64,000 bases of DNA from Candidatus Latescibacterota bacterium (GTDB taxonomy: Bacteria > Latescibacterota > UBA2968), in NCBI GenBank assembly GCA_965207885.1, contig OZ242311.1, positions 2,432,001 to 2,496,000 of the forward strand, in the 5' to 3' direction. Positions 37,933 through 46,832 of the stretch are shown here, piece after piece (position 1 is the stretch's first letter; each line of letters begins with the position of its first letter). The position numbers and the translations under genes are program-made. The notes under the pieces are model-generated. The model had not been told where the DNA came from. It saw nothing but the letters and a program-made list of their open reading frames with translations, and made no database searches.

Positions 37933-38655
37933 ATGTCAGATGAAAAGTTGATACAGAGGATTGTTGCCGAAGTTGTGCGGCGGTTGAAGGCGTTGGAGGG
38001 GGGCGCGGTATCTGCGCCGGTTGACCCGCCGGTGAGTTTGGTGACAGAGGATCTGGTCAAATCTGCGATAAGTCGTGGTGGTGATGCGGTTTATGTGACG
38101 CCCAATGCGATTGTGACGCCGTTGGCGCGGGATTTGATACGGCAGCAGAAAGTGCGTCTGGTCGTGGCTGATGATGAGGCAGTGATTCAAGAGCCGCAGA
38201 AATCGAGTGTATTAGCTATTGGTGCAGACCACAAGGGATTTGAACTGAAGAAACAGATTGTGCTTATGTTGCAAGATGCCGGGCGAGAGGTGATGGATTG
38301 TGGTGTGCATAGCCCGCAAGAGACCTCTTATGTTGGTGTGGCAAAAACGGTGGCCGACGTTGTTCTGGAGAAGAATTTGATGACGGGTATTGTGGTTGAT
38401 GGGGGAGGTACGGGGGCTGCTCTCGTTGCGAATAAGGTAAAGGGGATCCGCGCTGTTTCGTGTCACGATGTGACGTCGGCCAAATTTGCCCGCGCCCATG
38501 TGGATGCCAATATTCTGTGTCTCGGTGTGGGCGTGGTGGGCGATACCGTGGCCCAAGAGATTGTTGCGACGTGGCTGAGTACCCCTTTTGAGGGGGATCA
38601 ATATGCGGCGCGTGTTCGAGAAATTGATGCGGTGGAGGATCAGAATCGGGATTGA
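37933..38655 (+). CDS. RpiB/LacAB-family sugar-phosphate isomerase with N-terminal extension
   Basis: IGADHKGFELK, ANKVKGIRA, ARAHVDANILCLG, WLSTPFEG; about 90-aa N-terminal extension. Confidence 0.82.
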   Translation: MSDEKLIQRIVAEVVRRLKALEGGAVSAPVDPPVSLVTEDLVKSAISRGGDAVYVTPNAIVTPLARDLIRQQKVRLVVADDEAVIQEPQKSSVLAIGADHKGFELKKQIVLMLQDAGREVMDCGVHSPQETSYVGVAKTVADVVLEKNLMTGIVVDGGGTGAALVANKVKGIRAVSCHDVTSAKFARAHVDANILCLGVGVVGDTVAQEIVATWLSTPFEGDQYAARVREIDAVEDQNRD

Positions 38656-38679
38656 TCTGAATGCTCTTTTAATCAGGAG

Positions 38680-39456
38680 ATGACTATGCTTTCACAGGAG
38701 CAACTGGCGCAATATGACCGGGATGGGTATGTGTTGGTGTCGGGCTTGATTCCAGAAGAGACAATTGCCAATGCGGAAGCTGCGATGTGGTCTGTGCTCG
38801 GGATGGATCGGGATGATCCGGCTTCGTGGTCTCCTTTTCCAGACGAAACAGATGGGGTGAATACAATCGCCCGCCAGGGAGTGATTGAGCATTTTGGGGT
38901 TCGTGATCCCGCTTTGCTGGCTTGTTGTACGCCCGCATTTTACGAGGCGCAGAGCCAACTGGTTCGGGAGAATGCAGATGCCTTTCACTGTCGGAAACCA
39001 CGGCCCGAGGCTGTGTGGGCACGCAGTGTATTTCCGGTTTCGAAAGGCTGGAATTATCTCAGTGGGCATGTCGATGGCGGACATCGACCTTTTGATGTTT
39101 TCCCCGGGTCATTTCGGGTTTCCTCTCTGACTTATCTCGATTCTGGTGTTGCGCAGGGCGGTGGGACCGCGGTCTGGCCTGGGACACATCGGATGTTCAG
39201 CGAGATGGCAGTGCAGGATCCTGACCGGTTTCGAATGCTGTCGGATTTTGCGAAACCGCAACAAAGGTTCGGGCTGGGAGAGCCGATTGAGTTGAGGCCG
39301 TCCCGAGGCGATGTCATGTTTTTTCATTATTTGTTAGTACACTGTGGATCTCTCAATACAAGCAATAAACCGCGTTTTGCCCTCCGGTGGATGTGTGCCT
39401 GTGATGCATGTCGCGTCTGGGAAAAACACGGCGAGTGGAATATCTGGATGCCCTGA
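38680..39456 (+). CDS. PhyH-family dioxygenase
   Basis: YDRDGYVLV, GHVDG, VWPGTH, RGDVMFFH..HCGSLN..PRFALR. Confidence 0.85.
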   Translation: MTMLSQEQLAQYDRDGYVLVSGLIPEETIANAEAAMWSVLGMDRDDPASWSPFPDETDGVNTIARQGVIEHFGVRDPALLACCTPAFYEAQSQLVRENADAFHCRKPRPEAVWARSVFPVSKGWNYLSGHVDGGHRPFDVFPGSFRVSSLTYLDSGVAQGGGTAVWPGTHRMFSEMAVQDPDRFRMLSDFAKPQQRFGLGEPIELRPSRGDVMFFHYLLVHCGSLNTSNKPRFALRWMCACDACRVWEKHGEWNIWMP

Positions 39457-39532
39457 TGTTGATGGTTGACTCGCTGTGGGGAAACCCGTATATTTTTTTC
39501 TTTATGACCTGTGTTGTTTCCTCGGGGTATTT

Positions 39533-39991
39533 GTGCTGGATAATGACCTGACAGGCATGAAATTTGCGCTCGAAGAAGCCCGCGTGGCAGCGAGCGAGCA
39601 GGAAGTGCCTATTGGCGCTGTTGTGATGCACAATGGTGAGGTAATCGCACGAGATCACAATCGCATTGTCCAACTTAATGATCCCACTGCGCATGCCGAA
39701 ATGCTCGTTATTGGGCAGGCGACAAAAAAGTTGGGCGTTCGGTGGCTAAATAACTGCACACTTTACGCAACGCTGGAGCCCTGTGCGATGTGTGCAGGGG
39801 CTATGGTGCTTGCCCGATTGTCCCGGTTGGTTTTTGGGGCTTGTGATCCCAAAACCGGGGCTTGTGGATCCCTGAGAAATATTGTGGAAGATACACGTCT
39901 GAATCATCGCCTATATGTGCGCCGAGGCGTTTTAGAAGATGCGTGTGGTCAGGTGTTGCGGGCGTTTTTTCAAACTTTGCGCGAAAAATAA
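39533..39991 (+). CDS. tadA: tRNA adenosine(34) deaminase
   Basis: EVPIGAVV, DPTAHAE, TLEPCAMCAGA, DPKTGACGS. Confidence 0.93.
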   Translation: MLDNDLTGMKFALEEARVAASEQEVPIGAVVMHNGEVIARDHNRIVQLNDPTAHAEMLVIGQATKKLGVRWLNNCTLYATLEPCAMCAGAMVLARLSRLVFGACDPKTGACGSLRNIVEDTRLNHRLYVRRGVLEDACGQVLRAFFQTLREK

Positions 39992-39997
39992 ATATTC

Positions 39998-40087
<90 letters not shown>

Positions 40088-40152
40088 AAAAACAAGCGCT
40101 CAGTCTTTGGCGGTGTATGAGGAAGCCATAGCTGACCGCTTACAGCTATATC

Positions 40153-40242
<90 letters not shown>

Positions 40243-40261
40243 AAAATATCACGAGGTTGTT

Positions 40262-40633
40262 ATGCCGCATCCGATTCGCATTACAGTTGGCGATATTGAA
40301 CTCGACGCCGAGTTAAACGATTCGCAAACAGCAGACAAAGTTCGCGAGGTTTTGCCACTGGATTGTTCGTTTAATACCTGGGGCGATGAGATTTACTTTG
40401 CAATCCCCGTTGAAGCGGGTCCCGAAGATGCATGTGAAACTGTGGCGTTAAACGACCTCGGATATTGGCCGCCGGGTCATGCATTTTGCATTTTTTACGG
40501 TCAGACCCCGGCCAGTCATGGAGATGAAATTCGTCCGGCAAGTCCCGTCAATATTATCGGACGGGTGCTGGGCGATGCCACGGTGCTCAAGTCTGTTTCG
40601 GGAGTGCGAAATATCGTGGTTGAAGCCGTTTAG
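40262..40633 (+). CDS. Cyclophilin-like fold protein (DUF369/TM1367-like)
   Basis: TWGDEIYF, GYWPPGHAFCIFYGQTP, PASPVNIIGRV. Confidence 0.8.
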   Translation: MPHPIRITVGDIELDAELNDSQTADKVREVLPLDCSFNTWGDEIYFAIPVEAGPEDACETVALNDLGYWPPGHAFCIFYGQTPASHGDEIRPASPVNIIGRVLGDATVLKSVSGVRNIVVEAV

Positions 40634-40634
40634 G

Positions 40635-40711
<77 letters not shown>

Positions 40712-40765
40712 AAATATATTGTTAAGAGGCGAGAGGTGAGATACCTCTTGTATCTCACTGTTTTC

Positions 40766-41040
40766 AGGTCGTGCTAGACGGGGAGATAGCGGTGCCCTGT
40801 AGCCCGCAATCCGCTATAGCGGGGTCGAATTCCACGTCTGAGAACCGGTATTTTGGATCGCGGTCGATGAGTAGGCAGCGTTGATCGTCAGGTCCTGCGC
40901 AACGTGCCTATGCCGAACCCCGTCAGGACCGGAAGGTAGCAGCGGTAAGCAAATCGGTGCGTGTGCCGCAGGGGCACCTGGCAGGAGCCAGCGCTCGTTG
41001 AACGCCCCGGGGTAGCGGTTCGAAGCGCGGTGCACGGCCT
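40766..41040 (+). ncRNA. ffs: Signal recognition particle RNA, large (Alu-domain) type
   Basis: GTGCTAGACGGGGAG..GCGGTGCCCTGTA Alu domain; TCAGGACCGGAAGGTAGCAGC helix 8; paired ends; upstream of dnaX. Confidence 0.93.
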
Positions 41041-41087
41041 TTTTTTCAAGTTGGGGGCTGGGGTTGGAGAGGCCCTTTGGAGTTTTT

Positions 41088-42809
41088 ATGTCTTACACGG
41101 TAATGGCCCGAAAGCGGAGGCCACAGGCATTTGAAACAGTGGTTGCACAAAGCCATGTGACCACCACATTGCAAAACGCCATTCGGCTGGGGCGCGTGGC
41201 GCAGTCTTACCTGTTTTCCGGGCCGCGAGGAACGGGTAAGACCACTACGGCGCGATTGCTCGCCATGGCACTCAATTGCGAGCAGGGGCCAACGGCTGAA
41301 CCGTGTGGGGAATGTGCTTCGTGTGTTGCCATACGCCAGGGCAACAGCATGGATGTGCTGGAGATTGACGGGGCTTCGAACCGCGGGATTGATGAAATCA
41401 GGCAATTGCGCGAAGAGGTGGGGTATGCGGCTTCGCAAGGCAAGCGCAAGGTTTATATCATCGACGAAGTACACATGCTCACGACTGAGGCTTTTAATGC
41501 CTTGCTCAAAACACTCGAAGAACCGCCAGCGCATGTTGTTTTTGTATTTGCAACTACCGAAGCTCACAAAGTGCCTGAAACCATTTTGTCGCGGTGCCAG
41601 CGCTACAATTTTCGGCGCATTCCGCCCGTGTCAATTGTGGAAGAGCTCAAAATGGCTGTAGATGAAGAAGGCGTAACAGCAGAAGAATCCGCTCTGTTTT
41701 TGATCGCGCGAAAAGCCGATGGGGGCATGCGCGATGCCCTGAGTTTGCTGGATCAGGTCATTGCATTCTCAGATGCAGATATTACGGAAGATGCCATACA
41801 AAATTTACTGGGTTTGATTCCTCGAGATGTGTATTTTGACCTGACGCAGGCCATTGTGGATCGGGATGGTGCCCGCGCTTTGGAGATTGTTGACGAACTG
41901 GCACGCGAAGGCAGTGATCTGGGTGAATTTGTGGCGGGGTTGATGGCGCATTTTCGACATTTGCTCGTTGCCTGTGCCGCGGGAGATTTAACAGATGAGA
42001 ATTTGCCAGAAGCTGACCGCGTGCAGTATGCAGAGGTCGCCGCGCAATTCGAAGAGGCAGATCTCGTGCGCATGCTCAACGCTGTGAGTGAACTCGAAAC
42101 GCAGATCGGTCGGGTGACCGAGCCTCGATTCTGGCTCGAATTGACGGTTATGAAGCTGGTGCAGATGACGTCAAGTGTAGATTTACAGGTTTTGATTGGT
42201 CGATTAGAACAACTCGAGCGGGGGTTAAAAAGTCAGGGGACGGCTACTGGAACGCGGCGGCCTTTGTCCAGCCCTCGACCTGCACCAAAGCGGAAAGCGA
42301 CATCATCCCAACCAGACACGCGCGTTAGGGGAGAGAAGTTACCACCGCGGCCAACGGCTTCCAAATCTTCACCGCCGCAACAGAGGGACAATGGTCGGCC
42401 CGTGGCAGAACAGCCACGAGAAGAAATACCGCCAGTGCCAGATATATCCTCAGAAGAGCCGCCAGACTTTTCTGTTATAAAAGATAAGTGGGAACAACTC
42501 GTACAGGCGGTGAAGAATGAGAGAATGTCTTTGGGCACATTTTTGGCCGAAGGCCGTCCACAATCGATGGATGGGCGACATCTGGTGGTGGCTTTTCAAA
42601 AGAACCTCGAATTTCACGCCAATCAGGTGCGACGCGGACGCGCTCAGGTAGAAGAAGTTGCACGCGGTGTTTTTGGTGGTACAGTCACCATTTCGTGTGA
42701 GGTTGTTTACGAGGAGAATAAAGAGCAAATAGTTGAGGAGAAGAGTGCAGAAGAAGATGAGCGCGTGCAGATGGTGATGCAGGTGTTTAGTGGGGAAGTG
42801 ATCAGATAG
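41088..42809 (+). CDS. dnaX: DNA polymerase III subunit gamma/tau
   Basis: SGPRGTGKTT, EIDGASNRGID, IIDEVHML, LSRCQ. Confidence 0.95.
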   Translation: MSYTVMARKRRPQAFETVVAQSHVTTTLQNAIRLGRVAQSYLFSGPRGTGKTTTARLLAMALNCEQGPTAEPCGECASCVAIRQGNSMDVLEIDGASNRGIDEIRQLREEVGYAASQGKRKVYIIDEVHMLTTEAFNALLKTLEEPPAHVVFVFATTEAHKVPETILSRCQRYNFRRIPPVSIVEELKMAVDEEGVTAEESALFLIARKADGGMRDALSLLDQVIAFSDADITEDAIQNLLGLIPRDVYFDLTQAIVDRDGARALEIVDELAREGSDLGEFVAGLMAHFRHLLVACAAGDLTDENLPEADRVQYAEVAAQFEEADLVRMLNAVSELETQIGRVTEPRFWLELTVMKLVQMTSSVDLQVLIGRLEQLERGLKSQGTATGTRRPLSSPRPAPKRKATSSQPDTRVRGEKLPPRPTASKSSPPQQRDNGRPVAEQPREEIPPVPDISSEEPPDFSVIKDKWEQLVQAVKNERMSLGTFLAEGRPQSMDGRHLVVAFQKNLEFHANQVRRGRAQVEEVARGVFGGTVTISCEVVYEENKEQIVEEKSAEEDERVQMVMQVFSGEVIR

Positions 42810-42852
42810 GGATTGCTGCGTTGGGAACATTGCTTTTTGAAGGAGTTAAAGT

Positions 42853-43179
42853 ATGGCAAAAGGTATGGGTGCGATGATGAGGCAGGCTCAAAAGTTGCAA
42901 GCCAAGCTGGCCAGGGTGCAAGAAGAACTGGGTGCAAAAGAGGTAGAGGCAACATCGGGTGGGGGTATGGTGACAGTAAGGGCCAGTGGGCATCAAGATA
43001 TTTTGTCGATAAAAATTGATCCCGAAGTCGTCGATCCCGAAGATGTGGAAATGCTGGAAGACCTCGTGCTGGCGGCGGTTCAGCAAGCGCGTCAAAAAGC
43101 TGCGGACATGGCCGAGGCAGAGATGCAGAAAGCCACAGCGGGCCTCATTCCGCCCGGCATGAATATGCCGGGGTTCTGA
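42853..43179 (+). CDS. ybaB: YbaB/EbfC nucleoid-associated protein
   Basis: QAQKLQ, SGGGMVTV, EMLEDLVLAA; between dnaX and recR. Confidence 0.93.
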   Translation: MAKGMGAMMRQAQKLQAKLARVQEELGAKEVEATSGGGMVTVRASGHQDILSIKIDPEVVDPEDVEMLEDLVLAAVQQARQKAADMAEAEMQKATAGLIPPGMNMPGF

Positions 43180-43224
43180 GATTGTAAACGCAAAGTCATC
43201 GCGCTGTAGTTTTTGGAGTTTTCC

Positions 43225-43818
43225 ATGGCATCAGAGGCCATTGAAAAATTGATTGTCGCTTTGAATCGATTGCCCGGTATCGGCGCTAAAACAGCACGGC
43301 GTCTCGCGCTGGAGATGTTGACATGGGATACGGAGGAGGTGCGCGGACTCGCCGATTTGATGGTGGATGTCAAGACCCGTGTGCGGCGGTGCTCAATTTG
43401 TTTTAATTTGACTGAGGCTGAGCCGTGTTCTGTGTGCAGCGATACACGCCGAGATCGTTCCAGTGTGATGGTGATTGATTTTATTGGCGATCTTTTGGCA
43501 TTTGAGCGCACCGGGCTTTATCGAGGGCTTTATCACGTACTGGATGGGCGAATTTCGCCCCTGGATGGTATTGGTCCAGAAGACTTGAATATTTCCCAAT
43601 TGCTCCAACGCTTGCGCCAGGGGGAAATTCGAGAAGTAATCCTCGCCAACGGTCCAACCGTAGAGGGAGATGCCACGGCACAATATCTGTCTCAGTGTTT
43701 GGCTCCGTTTGAAGTATCTGTCACACAAATTGCGCGCGGTTTGCCGGTGGGCAGTGATCTCGCCCTGGCAGATCAAGTGACATTGTCTCGCGCGCTGGAA
43801 GGCCGTCGGGAGTATTAA
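43225..43818 (+). CDS. recR: Recombination mediator RecR
   Basis: LPGIGAKTA, CxxC..CxxC zinc finger, TVEGDATA, ARGLPVG. Confidence 0.95.
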   Translation: MASEAIEKLIVALNRLPGIGAKTARRLALEMLTWDTEEVRGLADLMVDVKTRVRRCSICFNLTEAEPCSVCSDTRRDRSSVMVIDFIGDLLAFERTGLYRGLYHVLDGRISPLDGIGPEDLNISQLLQRLRQGEIREVILANGPTVEGDATAQYLSQCLAPFEVSVTQIARGLPVGSDLALADQVTLSRALEGRREY

Positions 43819-44460
43819 ATGCCCCAGGTAAATACCATAGAATCGAATCGCATGACGATGCCTGAGCCGCGTACCCCAAATCGGTTGTGGACAGTGCCCA
43901 ATGTCTTAACTGTGTCGCGTCTGCTGCTTACGCCAGTGTTTTTGCTGTTGATTTTTGCCGCCAACTGGTATTTCAAAATCCTCGCGTTGCTCGTCTTCAC
44001 TGTGGCCTCGTTGACTGATTTCTACGATGGGCGCATTGCGCGGCGCGATGGTACAGTGACCAACTTTGGTCGCTTTATGGATCCGCTGGCCGATAAGTTG
44101 CTGGTATCTGCAGCGTTGATTGCTTTTGTGCGTTTGGGCATGGTTGAAGCATGGCTTATCGGGGCGATGCTCGCGCGCGATGTCGTGATTACGGGATTGC
44201 GCATTTTTGCGATTCGACGAGGCAAACCCGTGGTGACCTCACAACTTGCCAAGTGGAAAACCATGCTGCAATTGGTGCTTGTTTTTGGCATTTTGGTCTT
44301 TATCAATGTGCGCGTGGTCGAAGCCGAGTTAGCCGCCCAACCAATTGTACTCGTAGGCGATATTTCTTATTGGGTTTTGAATGTCCTGGTGGCTGTTGTG
44401 ACCCTCGTTGCTGTTGTTTCAGGCGTTCGGTATTTAATTGAAAATCGCAAGACATTTTAA
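43819..44460 (+). CDS. pgsA: CDP-diacylglycerol--glycerol-3-phosphate 3-phosphatidyltransferase
   Basis: PNVLTVSR, TDFYDGRIARR, GRFMDPLADK; start codon uncertain. Confidence 0.88.
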   Translation: MPQVNTIESNRMTMPEPRTPNRLWTVPNVLTVSRLLLTPVFLLLIFAANWYFKILALLVFTVASLTDFYDGRIARRDGTVTNFGRFMDPLADKLLVSAALIAFVRLGMVEAWLIGAMLARDVVITGLRIFAIRRGKPVVTSQLAKWKTMLQLVLVFGILVFINVRVVEAELAAQPIVLVGDISYWVLNVLVAVVTLVAVVSGVRYLIENRKTF

Positions 44461-44487
44461 GGCGAGCGAATAGCTGCACCTATAGTT

Positions 44488-44961
44488 ATGACAGATTTTC
44501 GGCCTCCTGAGCCATCGTTTTTTGTCCGGTTGATAGCAACCGGCTTTTTTTCTGGCTATTCGGTTTTTGCCCCGGGAACAGCCGGATCAGGCGTGGCATT
44601 GGCGATTTATTGTCTGTTGCCACCACTGAATTGGTGGTCGTGGGGGGGGCTGCTGATCGGGTTGTTTTTCGTGGGGGTTTACACATCCGGGGCATGCGAA
44701 AAAGCCTGGGGTAAAGATCCCAAATATGTGGTGATCGACGAGTTTGTCGGATTTTTTGTGACAGTAAGTCTGCTTCCGCAGTCGGTGTTGGTGGGTATAG
44801 TTGGCTTTGTCGTGTTTCGCATACTGGATATTATTAAGCCACCGCCCGCCCGACAGGTCGAGGCGTTGCCAGGTGGGTGGGGTATTGTGGCCGACGATGT
44901 GATTGCGGGAATTTATGGACAGATGATACTATGGCTGGCATTCGCACCTTTATCGCTTTAG
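44488..44961 (+). CDS. pgpA: Phosphatidylglycerophosphatase A
   Basis: APGTAGS, DPKYVVIDE, FRILDIIKP, GIVADDVIAG. Confidence 0.92.
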   Translation: MTDFRPPEPSFFVRLIATGFFSGYSVFAPGTAGSGVALAIYCLLPPLNWWSWGGLLIGLFFVGVYTSGACEKAWGKDPKYVVIDEFVGFFVTVSLLPQSVLVGIVGFVVFRILDIIKPPPARQVEALPGGWGIVADDVIAGIYGQMILWLAFAPLSL

Positions 44962-45527
44962 AAATGCCCGTTGCTGTTAAACGGCAAGTCGTTTTTGTGG
45001 CGCGTCACTTGAGCCATTTGGGCCAGATGCGCTGGGTAAGATCTGAGGGCGTACACCTCACCCTCAAATTTTTAGGTGATGTGGAAGAAAATCGCGTTGC
45101 GGATATTGTTTCAGCCGTGCAGCAGGTCGCTTCCAAATTTCAACCCTTCGCGTTGTCAACTGCGGGATTGGGTGGTTTTCCGCGTCTTGAAAGTGCACGG
45201 GTGTTGTGGTTGGGCGTTGAAGGCGACCTGGAACAGCTAAGGATATTGCAAGGTCGGATTGCGCAGAAGCTCGAAGACCTGGGATTTGAGCGGGAGCGAC
45301 GTCCATTTTTTGCTCATGTGACGGTGGGTAGAGCGCGGCGTAAGCCGGTTCGCGCGATAGCTGAAAATGCAACAAAGTGGCGTGCGGTAAATTTTTCAGT
45401 TGATCGCGTCTCGGTGATGAAAAGCACATTGCGTCCCGAAGGTGCTGTGTACACGCCTTTGGGATACGGGATGTTCGAGGGCAGAGGGAGCGAATATCCC
45501 GGTTCAGATCGCCAAATTGTTTCTTGA
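44931..45527 (+). CDS. thpR: RNA 2',3'-cyclic phosphodiesterase (2H family)
   Basis: RTFIAL, HLTLKFLG and HVTVGR 2H motifs. Confidence 0.88.
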   Translation: MAGIRTFIALEMPVAVKRQVVFVARHLSHLGQMRWVRSEGVHLTLKFLGDVEENRVADIVSAVQQVASKFQPFALSTAGLGGFPRLESARVLWLGVEGDLEQLRILQGRIAQKLEDLGFERERRPFFAHVTVGRARRKPVRAIAENATKWRAVNFSVDRVSVMKSTLRPEGAVYTPLGYGMFEGRGSEYPGSDRQIVS

Positions 45528-45552
45528 CGTATATACAAATGTTCACTATACT
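45524..45552 (+). promoter_or_regulatory. recA sigma70 promoter with LexA-box-like site in the spacer
   Basis: TTGACG-17 bp-TATACT; ATACAAATGTTC (reverse complement GAACATTTGTAT) at 45533-45544. Confidence 0.6.
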
Positions 45553-45626
45553 TGTGGCACATTGTGCGGTGCAGAATACGAGAGGGGCTGCGCCGTGATC
45601 CCAAACCTTTTGAAGGAGAGATGCAG

Positions 45627-46688
45627 ATGGCCAAACGCAATAGTAAAGGTGCGCAACAAATGGATGGCAAGCAGCAAGCAATAGACAACGCTATTGCCCA
45701 AATCGAAAAGCAATTTGGACAGGGGGCAATTATGCGCCTGGGAGGCGAGGATGGGCAACCCCTGGTAACAGAGATTATTCCAACGGGTTCTCTAAGCCTG
45801 GATGTCGCGTTGGGCGCTGGTGGTGTCCCCCAGGGAAGAGTGGTTGAAATATTTGGTCCTGAAGGATCGGGCAAGACGACCTTGATTTTGCACATTATTG
45901 CCGAGGCGCAAAAGCGCGGTGGGGCAGCGGCGTTTGTCGATGCAGAACACGCATTGAATGTGGAATTGGCCGAGCGTCTGGGCGTAGATATCGAAAATTT
46001 ATTGATCGCTCAGCCCGATACGGGTGAAGAAGCACTCGAAATTACGGATACCCTCGTGCGCAGTGGTGCCTTTGAGGTCGTGGCTTTAGACTCTGTGGCT
46101 GCTCTGGTGCCGCGTGCCGAACTCGAAGGTGAGATGGGTGATTCTCACATGGGCCTGCACGCTCGTTTGATGTCTCAAGCTCTGCGCAAACTCGTCGGAT
46201 CAATCAGCCAGTCTAAAACCTGTGTGATCTTTGCCAATCAGATTCGCATGAAGATCGGCGTGATGTTTGGCAATCCCGAAACGACTACCGGGGGCCGCGC
46301 GCTTCCGTTTTACGCAACGGTGCGTATGGATATTCGGCGCATTGGTTCTATTAAGGACGGGCAGGAGATTGTTGGCAATCGCGTTCGGATTCGCGTGGTA
46401 AAAAACAAGATGGCACCGCCTTTTAAGGAATGTGAAGTCGATCTGATGTTTGGCGAGGGCATTTCCAGAGAGGGCAGTTTGATCGATATGGCCGAATTGC
46501 ACGGGATTATCAAGAAGAGCGGTACCTGGTTCTCTTATGGGGATGATCGGCTTGGGCAAGGACGCGAAAATGTCAAGCGCCATCTGAAAGAGAACACGGA
46601 TTTGTCTGCAAAAATCGAACGCGAGGTGCGCGAGATCGTGGGCCTTCCCGTCGATAAGGCGTTTGAACTCGGGGAAGAACCCGCCTAA
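45627..46688 (+). CDS. recA: Recombinase RecA
   Basis: [36 protein letters not shown]. Confidence 0.97.
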   Translation: MAKRNSKGAQQMDGKQQAIDNAIAQIEKQFGQGAIMRLGGEDGQPLVTEIIPTGSLSLDVALGAGGVPQGRVVEIFGPEGSGKTTLILHIIAEAQKRGGAAAFVDAEHALNVELAERLGVDIENLLIAQPDTGEEALEITDTLVRSGAFEVVALDSVAALVPRAELEGEMGDSHMGLHARLMSQALRKLVGSISQSKTCVIFANQIRMKIGVMFGNPETTTGGRALPFYATVRMDIRRIGSIKDGQEIVGNRVRIRVVKNKMAPPFKECEVDLMFGEGISREGSLIDMAELHGIIKKSGTWFSYGDDRLGQGRENVKRHLKENTDLSAKIEREVREIVGLPVDKAFELGEEPA

Positions 46689-46832
46689 GTATGTTGTTGA
46701 CATCTCAATTTTCTCTAATTTAATTTGTTAAATGATGTTACGTATAGTCAAAAGACTGGGAATCTTATCGAGAGTGCTGGTGATAATTCCATTTTTTTTA
46801 TTTTCCCAGGTCATCAGAGAATTTGAGAAAGG

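Noticed and set aside
40093-40141. Hairpin between the two tRNA-Ser genes as a separate ncRNA
   Set aside because: Short imperfect stem; most likely a processing spacer
42221-42240. dnaX programmed -1 frameshift site
   Set aside because: TTAAAAAG has only five A, not A-AAA-AAG, and no clear downstream hairpin
44488-45527. Absence of cinA between pgpA and thpR
   Set aside because: Common rearrangement; the gene may lie elsewhere
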